From assembly GCA_020344315.1 (NCBI GenBank), contig CP070820.1, positions 109,605-173,604 on the forward strand: a stretch of 64,000 bases of DNA. Direction: 5' to 3'. This document shows positions 56,927 through 64,000 of the stretch, piece after piece; the first letter of the stretch is position 1; every line of letters begins with the position of its first letter. The notes beneath the pieces were generated by a model. It saw nothing but the letters and a program-made list of their open reading frames with translations, did no database searches and had not been told where the DNA came from. Source of the stretch: Candidatus Bathyarchaeum sp. (GTDB taxonomy: Archaea > Thermoproteota > Bathyarchaeia > Bathyarchaeales > Bathyarchaeaceae). The position numbers and the translations under genes were made by a program.

Positions 56927-59023
56927 CTACGAATATATAAGAGTCTCTAGGACTTTTCTTTCGTGGGGAGGCCTCTTCAAAGCTACGTCCTCAACGTACG
57001 CTCTCAACGGTTCAGCTACGCTCCAGGCCTGAGCAATACAGCCTCTGGAAATATGCGGCTCATTACCATCAAAGATTTCACCGACTGTTCCTAAGCCAGC
57101 TCGGTAAATCTCTTCACGAAAGAGAGGTTGCAGAAACTTTTTGAAACCGAAGTTTCGCCAATGTGCCTCGTGATTTTTTGTTTTTAAGAAAGCTGAGGTA
57201 AAGGGGCCAATAAGCCACGCCCAAACCGTGCCGTTGTGATATGCACTATCGCGATGACCCCGATCACCGATGTATTCTCCTATATATCGGAGATCATCGT
57301 TAGGCAGAGTTTTAAGCCCGTACTTTCCCCACAATTCTTTCCAGACTATCTCAACAATCTTCTCTTCTCTTCCTCTGTCAAGAATTGGAAAGTCCAAGGA
57401 GGCAGCAATCACCTGATTTGGCCTTAACGATGAGTCAGCACCATCCTCAGATACCACATCGAAAAGGAATCCTTTCTTGGGGTTCCAAAACTTTTGTGAA
57501 AAGCTCTCTCTAACCTTCTCAGCCATATCGTGATACTTTTCTGCTTTGTCCTCATGATTGAAGTTCTTTGCTAGCAACTGCATAAGTTTCAGGGCGTTAT
57601 ACCACAAGGCTTGAATCTCAACTGCCTTCCCATTTCTCGGTGTAACAAAACGGTCAATCGTAGCGCCATCCATCCAAGTCAATTGTGAACCGTGAGCAAT
57701 CAATCCATCTTCTTCCATGTGAATACCGAAGATGGTTCCTTCAACGTGATGATCAATGATCTCGATTAATGTTTCCCATAAATTTTCTTGAACAAATTCG
57801 AAATCACCAGTATACTTGAGGTATTGAAGAACTGCATTGAAGAACCATAAGGTGGCGTCCACTGTATTGTAGATCGGTTCATCTTCAGCCTTGTCTGAGA
57901 AGCGATTGGGTATGATGCCGTTTTGGCAATAGCGCTCAAAAGTCAGCAATATCTCCCGTGCATCCTTAAACCTTCCCGTGACAAGGGTTAATCCAGGCAG
58001 GGAAATGAGGGAGTCCCTTCCCCAATCATCAAACCAATGATAACCAGCAATCACTGACTTCTTTCCGGTTGAGGCTCTCTTTACAATGAAAGAGTCAGCC
58101 GCTTGGATGAGCCACTTCAACCAGTCTTCCATTTCTAGGTCAGCGTGGTGTTCCCGAACCTCTTCCAACAAACCTTCTCGTCGTTCTAACTCCTGACGAT
58201 ATAACAGATCAATATCTTCCATTTCTTGTCCAAAATATGAAAATAGGCTCTGGGCTTCTTCCTCGCTTTTTCCAGCTGCTGCAAGGACAAAAAATCTTTT
58301 CTTCTCTTTAGGATCAACAGAAAACCGGAAAAATCCGGGTCTAAAGTAGTCGTCGATACTGCTTTCGTTTCTTGAGGCATCAGTCCTGAAGAATACTCTT
58401 TTGATCCACCAGTTCTCCTCCACGAAAGCCCCGTCGTTTCCTGAGGACATGATTAGGGCTGATAGTGGAGCAGAGGGTTGAATTATCACGCCTTTTCCGT
58501 AGCGCTTCTGAATAAATCTCCACGCCAACCTTTCCTTGGTCGTTATGTGGTAGATGTGCCGCGAATTGACGAGGGGCGAGACGCGGATAGATAGCCTTTT
58601 GTCTAGTGGGTTAGAGACTTCGTAGATTACTATGGTCGCGTTCTTTCTGTGGGGCATAAAAATCGTCTTCTGAAGGCGGACACTATCCACAGCATACTTG
58701 TAAGTTGGAAGGGAATCAAGGATAAAGTCGGAGAGAAAACGGTGTCCTTCAGGGTGTATGACATCCCTGAACTCGTTTGCCCCTAGGGCGTAGGTTTTGT
58801 TTCCGATTTTTATTTCTTCGTCAAGCTTTGTTAGTAGAACCCAGCGATTTACTGGAGGATTAAAGGCTGCAATAAGGAGACCATGATATTTTCTTGTGTT
58901 GATTCCCAGAATGGTTGAGGAAGTATAGCCGCCTAAGCCGTTGGTTACGATCCATTCTCTTCGAAGAGCTTCATTGACATTGGAGAGAACACTCCGTCCA
59001 AGACGCATTCTAGGCAAATCCAC
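56927..59023 (-). CDS. Glycogen debranching enzyme (amylo-alpha-1,6-glucosidase, archaeal type)
   Basis: EWIVTNGLGGY, AGYHWFDDWGRD, LTWMD, RPNQ, YHNGTVW, QAWSVAE. Confidence 0.95.
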   Translation of the reverse strand: MDLPRMRLGRSVLSNVNEALRREWIVTNGLGGYTSSTILGINTRKYHGLLIAAFNPPVNRWVLLTKLDEEIKIGNKTYALGANEFRDVIHPEGHRFLSDFILDSLPTYKYAVDSVRLQKTIFMPHRKNATIVIYEVSNPLDKRLSIRVSPLVNSRHIYHITTKERLAWRFIQKRYGKGVIIQPSAPLSALIMSSGNDGAFVEENWWIKRVFFRTDASRNESSIDDYFRPGFFRFSVDPKEKKRFFVLAAAGKSEEEAQSLFSYFGQEMEDIDLLYRQELERREGLLEEVREHHADLEMEDWLKWLIQAADSFIVKRASTGKKSVIAGYHWFDDWGRDSLISLPGLTLVTGRFKDAREILLTFERYCQNGIIPNRFSDKAEDEPIYNTVDATLWFFNAVLQYLKYTGDFEFVQENLWETLIEIIDHHVEGTIFGIHMEEDGLIAHGSQLTWMDGATIDRFVTPRNGKAVEIQALWYNALKLMQLLAKNFNHEDKAEKYHDMAEKVRESFSQKFWNPKKGFLFDVVSEDGADSSLRPNQVIAASLDFPILDRGREEKIVEIVWKELWGKYGLKTLPNDDLRYIGEYIGDRGHRDSAYHNGTVWAWLIGPFTSAFLKTKNHEAHWRNFGFKKFLQPLFREEIYRAGLGTVGEIFDGNEPHISRGCIAQAWSVAEPLRAYVEDVALKRPPHERKVLETLIYS

Positions 59024-59043
59024 TTCTGTTACATCCTGCGGAA

Positions 59044-59925
59044 TCAGAATAGAATCTTGGCAATGTTTTTCCCTGTATCCACTTTAAAGTGATTTGCTAC
59101 CGTACAACACTTCGTCCGCAACATTAAAGCATGCGGAACTGGAAGCTGAAGCTCTGTAAGGGTCTCGGCGTGACCCATGCCTTTCGCTACCACAAAATCC
59201 ACTGAATTGTAAATGTTTAGGAATTCGCTGGAACATTCTTCGAGAAACAAACCAACGGCATCTGACCCTGTGGTGATTAGCTCGTCTGCTACTTTGTCCA
59301 TTCCGACGATTTGGGCATCTTCCATGGTGGCGTCGTTGAGTATAGGACCGCTCTTAACTGCCACTATGACCTTAGCACCTAGGTTTTTCAGTTCTTGGAC
59401 AAGTAGCGTGTCGAAGGCTATTTCTCCGGCGTTGTCAGTTAAGTAAAGAATACGTTTCGCCTTCTTTGCTTTGTTGAAGATTTGAGGAATCTCATCTATA
59501 GCAAGATCCTTTTCGGCTTGCTGAATCAGTTCTTCAAGGTCTGTGAACTTGAAGGGGTTGTCTGGGAGGTCGAATTCTATGATGTTGCCAACAATGGCGG
59601 AGAGACAAGCCCTCCTAAACCGTAATTCTGCTGAGGTTTCCTTCGCGAGTAAGCTCTTTGCCAGAGGAAGAGTTTCTAGAGCCTTTTGGTTGCTGATCTG
59701 CTTTCTTTGTTTGAAGGGGTCGGGGTTGCCAGTTATCCTTCTTATCAATCTGTCGCGTTTTGTGCCTAGATAGGCGGGATTGGCTGTTGGTTTGAATTCC
59801 TCGGCTAAGAAACGCAGGAGAGCTGACAGGGGTTTGAATTGGAGAGACGGATCGTCTATGGATTCTTCAATTTCTAGGTAGCCACGATTTAGAATGCATG
59901 AGATACATCTAAGTTCAATGTTCAA
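59044..59925 (-). CDS. DUF89/ARMT1-like damage-control phosphatase
   Basis: CxxC N-terminus, GNIIEF, YLTDNAGEI, PILNDAT, VAKGMG. Confidence 0.92.
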   Translation of the reverse strand: MNIELRCISCILNRGYLEIEESIDDPSLQFKPLSALLRFLAEEFKPTANPAYLGTKRDRLIRRITGNPDPFKQRKQISNQKALETLPLAKSLLAKETSAELRFRRACLSAIVGNIIEFDLPDNPFKFTDLEELIQQAEKDLAIDEIPQIFNKAKKAKRILYLTDNAGEIAFDTLLVQELKNLGAKVIVAVKSGPILNDATMEDAQIVGMDKVADELITTGSDAVGLFLEECSSEFLNIYNSVDFVVAKGMGHAETLTELQLPVPHALMLRTKCCTVANHFKVDTGKNIAKILF

Positions 59926-60111
59926 TTGTCAATCACTTAAAGTCTGTTAATTATCAGTTTACTGCTTTTATACTTTCATGTTAAAATAATATTGAAACAT
60001 AAGATGGTGCTTTTTCTCTCTATATTTCAATGAATATAAATAAATTTAACTATAAAGAAAATCGTGAAAATCAAGACTCCTCAGATTTTCTCTAAAACCT
60101 GCGCATAGGAA

Positions 60112-60240
60112 GAAAGGGGTTTGCTGAGTCGTACCACGGGGCGAATTTAAGGAGAAAGACAATGAAATCTCAAGCAGCGGCTATCGCTTTTTGTGATTTT
60201 CATCTTTCCCCGTGGTGACGCCTTTTCAGTCCCTTTTTTT
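60112..60240 (+). ncRNA. Candidate structured RNA / long imperfect hairpin
   Basis: Nested complementary blocks AAAGGG/CCCTTT, CTGA/TCAG, ACCACGGGG/CCCCGTGGT, AAAGA/TCTTT, ATGAAA/TTTCAT, AGCG/CGCT; ends in T7. Confidence 0.4.
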
Positions 60241-60255
60241 CCTCCGATGCTTTAC

Positions 60256-60286
60256 TCCCCATAAAAAAAGGGAGGGAAAATTTGGG
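60256..60286 (-). terminator. Pyrimidine-rich/oligo-T terminator of the PQQ-repeat gene
   Basis: Minus strand TTTTCCCTCCCTTTTTTT immediately after the stop codon. Confidence 0.5.
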
Positions 60287-60287
60287 T

Positions 60288-62843
60288 TTATTTTCGTTTT
60301 TTAATTACCCAGTAGGCAACTACGCCTACGATTGCCACAACAGCTACAATTGCTATAATAGCTACTTCAGTTGTGATGAGAGGTGCAGTTTCAGGCTCTA
60401 TTGGTGTTACTGGTGAAGGCGCTGGACCCACTGTTACGGCGCTTGCCGCATTTGAGCTCCAGTAGGATTCTGAGCCTTCAAAAGTTGCGATTATCTCGTA
60501 GGTGCCTTCCTCGGGAGGAGTCCATGCATGAGCAAAGGTGCCGTAATATCCGTTAGTTGTGGTTGTGCCAATGTCAATTACAGAGCCATCGTCACCAATA
60601 GCTGTCAGGGCTACTGGAACACCAGTTGGGAATGGGGGATTGTTGAGCAATGTGGAGTTCTGCATATGCAAATAGTCCATGAACTCGCTCATGTCATCGT
60701 CGGCAACAGCAGGAACTCCGTTCGGGAACCGTACTTTAGAATCGTCGTCTTGGGCGGAAGGAGACATATCCAAAACTGAACCACTTATCACCATAGCTGT
60801 TCCTTTTGATACAGCAGTTTGTGGTGCTGAAACAGTTGTTTTGGTTGGACCTTTACCTAAGCAATACAGGTTTCCATCGTATATTCCCAAACCTATGACA
60901 TAACCATTAGCAGCAGCAACGGGGAGAACTCCGCCGTTTAAAGTCCATGTGATGTCTCCCGTAGTAGCGTTAACACATGTCATCATTGCAAACCTTGGAA
61001 TAGGGTTGATTTGATATAAAATGGAATAGCCTGCGTATGCATAGATATTACCGCCCACCATTATCATTCCATCAATGTAGGGCACTACATTATTAGTGAA
61101 CTCAGTTGAGGGAAAAGCCGTACTTTCCCAAACTAATTCTCCCGTTGCCAAACTTAAAGCTCTTACTACGCCGTCAGGGAAAATAGTATAGAAGTTATTG
61201 TAGTCGTTGCTCTCAGAGCCGTAGACGGTCCATGTTGTAGCCCACGGAGAGTCGGCAAAACTGGGACTTGTCCATAGCAAAGCGCCGCTAGTCAATGAGT
61301 AGCAGTGGAACGTTGTATAAGTTGGATCAAAGATAATAAACTTGTCCACGCCATACAAAGAGATTTCCTCGTTAATTAATGCCGGATATGTCAGGTTAAG
61401 GTTCCATAGTTGGGTACCGTCTTTTGCGCTGTAACCCCAGTATTGATTGGGGTTAGTTCTTATAACAATTATAGATCCATCTGTTGATGTTGCGAACATA
61501 GTTGGAGTAGATGAGGTTAATCCGCTTGCAGCTGCTAGTGGTGTTGGCAGTGGACGTTCCCACATGATCCCTGTCGGCCAGTCGCCAATAAGCGGAGTAC
61601 CTGGTGGCGTGTAAAGTTGGCTAATGAAGCTTTGATCGATAACTTTCGACATGTTCCAAGCAACCAGCTGACCACTATGTGTAGTTGCATAGGCAAGGTT
61701 GGTGCCGTCAACAAGATAGTAGCTGGCTACAGAGGCGTTAGCGATTGATATACTAAGTGCTCCAGTAAATGGATCATAATAATTCCATGTACTGCTAGGT
61801 GCGAAAAGACTTCCACCACTTGAAAACAGGTATGATGTTGGCGAGTTTCCATAAGAAGAGAGAAATACTGTCGTTTGACCTGGCGTAGCAAGAAGGCTTT
61901 GAGCATATGGGTTTCCAGGTAGGTGTATACCAAAGTTAATTTGACCAGGAGCTGTATACAATATTTTTCCAGTTGTCAAATCGATGCATTCAAAGTTGTT
62001 TTTATTGGGTATATTTATGAATGCTTTGCCATCCATTATTGTAGTACTAACAAAATTTAGAGCAGATTGGTGGCTCCAGCTGCCATAATCTCCGCCTATA
62101 AGGCCTCCCGTTTTAAGCGGTTGGCTCCAAACTATGTGCGCAGTGTTTGGTCCTGAACCATACGGCTGCCATAGGCGACTAGTGGTACCGGTAATCGTTA
62201 GACCCGTTAAGGAACTGCCAAGCCAGTCGCCTGAGATTTGGCTCCATTCTCTGTTGTTGCTGCTTATCGGGTGATCCCAGTATGTATTTTCGTTTGGCAG
62301 TTGTGCCCATGGATAACCATTTAGCAAGCCAGCAAGTTGCTCCTCTTCTGTCACAGTAAATGAAAAAGAATTACTTGTACAGGCCATGTATTGAACCGTT
62401 CCAGAATAGTCAGTTATGTCCTGTGCAGGCATCGTGAATGATACACTCCAATCACCCGCCATGTCAGGCTCATAATAGAAGTATAGAGCGCCAAGTGATT
62501 GGGTTTGTCCTGGAGCATATATGCCTGTTGCGTCTACTGGCATAAATGTGTCTTTCGTTCCGTTAGGTTTTATGAACGTCACCGTTATTCCGTTGAAGCC
62601 TAGGTAAGAGGCCTGATAAAAATAGTTGTCAGGTAGAGGAAAGATCCATAGGTTTACAGTTGCTGTTTGGCCAACTCCGATCAGTGTTGGTGCGACAGTT
62701 ATGTACCCTACAGTTTTCTCTGGCTGAGGAATACCAACTTGAGCTAAACTGGACTGAGTAAGAACCAACAAAAATGTCATTGCTAGCATCAGAATCAATA
62801 AAAGCGAGCATATTACTTTTTTGTTACCTTTTGATTTTTTCAT
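60288..62843 (-). CDS. Secreted PQQ-like beta-propeller repeat protein with C-terminal membrane anchor
   Basis: Signal peptide; repeated (D/L)xxTGxxxW propeller motifs; Ig-like C-terminal domain; Pro-rich linker, TM, KKRK. Confidence 0.88.
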   Translation of the reverse strand: MKKSKGNKKVICSLLLILMLAMTFLLVLTQSSLAQVGIPQPEKTVGYITVAPTLIGVGQTATVNLWIFPLPDNYFYQASYLGFNGITVTFIKPNGTKDTFMPVDATGIYAPGQTQSLGALYFYYEPDMAGDWSVSFTMPAQDITDYSGTVQYMACTSNSFSFTVTEEEQLAGLLNGYPWAQLPNENTYWDHPISSNNREWSQISGDWLGSSLTGLTITGTTSRLWQPYGSGPNTAHIVWSQPLKTGGLIGGDYGSWSHQSALNFVSTTIMDGKAFINIPNKNNFECIDLTTGKILYTAPGQINFGIHLPGNPYAQSLLATPGQTTVFLSSYGNSPTSYLFSSGGSLFAPSSTWNYYDPFTGALSISIANASVASYYLVDGTNLAYATTHSGQLVAWNMSKVIDQSFISQLYTPPGTPLIGDWPTGIMWERPLPTPLAAASGLTSSTPTMFATSTDGSIIVIRTNPNQYWGYSAKDGTQLWNLNLTYPALINEEISLYGVDKFIIFDPTYTTFHCYSLTSGALLWTSPSFADSPWATTWTVYGSESNDYNNFYTIFPDGVVRALSLATGELVWESTAFPSTEFTNNVVPYIDGMIMVGGNIYAYAGYSILYQINPIPRFAMMTCVNATTGDITWTLNGGVLPVAAANGYVIGLGIYDGNLYCLGKGPTKTTVSAPQTAVSKGTAMVISGSVLDMSPSAQDDDSKVRFPNGVPAVADDDMSEFMDYLHMQNSTLLNNPPFPTGVPVALTAIGDDGSVIDIGTTTTNGYYGTFAHAWTPPEEGTYEIIATFEGSESYWSSNAASAVTVGPAPSPVTPIEPETAPLITTEVAIIAIVAVVAIVGVVAYWVIKKRK

Positions 62844-63139
62844 ATTTTTACCTTCATTGAGGTTTATATTTGCGGTGAGGCTTCAGTCGCGCTAAGCAAC
62901 CGCACTCAGAAATCCTACTCATCGACTTCCAATTGAAAAACTAGAAATAAGCGTAAAACATGTACCCATAGCTAGCTCTGAAACAGCAAAAGTTGAAGCA
63001 TTCATCTCTCCATTGTTCCCCTTGAATCCCCCTAGTTGTAGATCAAGTCGCCTCCAGCGACTTTACCCCATCTCACAACTACGTTATCTAATGATTCAGC
63101 GTTTAAAACTTTCTACACCAAAAAATAGTTGCACGCAAA

Positions 63140-64000
63140 TTAACCTTCAGAAGTATTTTCTAAAGCGTCAAGAACAGAGAACCCCAGATCAGTTATATCG
63201 TATTTGTAGTAGCTTTGGCTTTCTCGTCTCGGAACTACTAAGCCTCTAGCCTTAAGTCTAATGAGGGCATCATGGGAGGGCTTGCCAAACTCGTTTTTTA
63301 TCGCTTTATGGTAGGTTGGTCCTCTCCTCGTGAGGAGCGTCAATATGTCAATGTCTATCTGAGCTATTCTCTTAGCGATCTTATCCACTTGTGTTGTAGC
63401 CATAGTCTCATTTATACTGAACAGTACTTCATCAGCTAAACCACAGCGCATCTCATCATACTGCTTAAAGACGTCTAGGGGAATTTCGCCAAATTTGAAG
63501 TCTTGAAGCCACTCCTTAGACTGTCTGCTGTGCCATGATCTGAAGTCTTGCTGCTGCTTAACTCGATCATATTTGCATCTTCCTCTGGAGTAAACCCAGA
63601 GTTCATGGCTGTACTTATCTACTAGCTGCTGGGTTGGTTCGCTAGGAGAAACCATGTTGGCGATTAAAACCCCAAGTTTAGTTCCCAGAGTATCGAAAGC
63701 TCCTTTGAAGGTATCCCAGCCTCTTTCATGCTGCGTCTTCGCCTTATTGCTGTGCGCTCCAAAATCATCCCAGATTATAAGCGGAACCCTCATGTGTAAA
63801 TCGTTGTGGGTAGGCCATCTTTCAGGGATCCCCTTCTGTAGTTTATAGAGTAGCTGGTTGAGATTGAATACGATACAGTCAAGAACCTTATTCCAGTCTT
63901 TGTAAATATGATATGCTAGGAGTAGGCATAGGGTAGATTTGCCTTTTCGTGGAGGTCCCCAGCACACCATCCACGCGTACTCGTCATTATCTATCATGTG
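63140..64000 (-). CDS. P-loop ATPase with C-terminal wHTH, virus/plasmid-like (possibly 5'-truncated)
   Basis: Walker A GPPRKGKS, Walker B LIIWDD, C-terminal RLKARGLV..YKYDITDLG. Confidence 0.7.
   Translation of the reverse strand, partial: HMIDNDEYAWMVCWGPPRKGKSTLCLLLAYHIYKDWNKVLDCIVFNLNQLLYKLQKGIPERWPTHNDLHMRVPLIIWDDFGAHSNKAKTQHERGWDTFKGAFDTLGTKLGVLIANMVSPSEPTQQLVDKYSHELWVYSRGRCKYDRVKQQQDFRSWHSRQSKEWLQDFKFGEIPLDVFKQYDEMRCGLADEVLFSINETMATTQVDKIAKRIAQIDIDILTLLTRRGPTYHKAIKNEFGKPSHDALIRLKARGLVVPRRESQSYYKYDITDLGFSVLDALENTSEG

Noticed and set aside
62871..62905. Short hairpin TGCGGT..GCTT..AAGC..ACCGCA upstream of the PQQ-repeat gene
   Set aside because: Too short to distinguish from chance, and no known riboswitch motif

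Overview
Archaeal chromosomal segment. L19e, L32e, L34e, S4e, Rnp1, EMC3/DUF106, class V FBP aldolase/phosphatase and a BHB-type tRNA intron are all visible. The repertoire (large PQQ-like beta-propeller surface protein, DUF5752-like domains, TadA/TadC pilus locus, many TTG/GTG starts) suggests Bathyarchaeia/TACK, which is an inference. From left to right: a type IV pilus locus running off the left edge; an ABC-2 exporter, Ogt and NMN adenylyltransferase; divergent presenilin-like and rhomboid proteases; a truncated S10/spc ribosomal operon (L22 to cmk) with an inserted Hsp20 and long Lys-rich extensions on S3 and L5; a split COG2187/AAA_33 kinase pair around a PHP phosphatase; MoaE, GlpX and a site-2 protease; an intron-containing tRNA-Arg(CCG) just upstream of argS; a gluconeogenesis/glycogen cluster (HDAC, FBPA/P, wHTH-DUF5752 regulator, stand-alone YHS, YHS-fused glucan phosphorylase, GH57-DUF5752, debranching enzyme, DUF89); a PQQ-repeat protein; and a virus-like ATPase at the right edge. 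The most notable uncatalogued signals are a ~65-bp dispersed intergenic repeat with a TATTAGG-CT-CCTAATA palindrome (4 copies), DUF5752 and YHS modules shared between glycogen enzymes and stand-alone or regulatory proteins, minor pilins lacking a cleavable leader, and a ~125-nt hairpin RNA candidate. Family calls come from motif recognition by eye; no searches were run.
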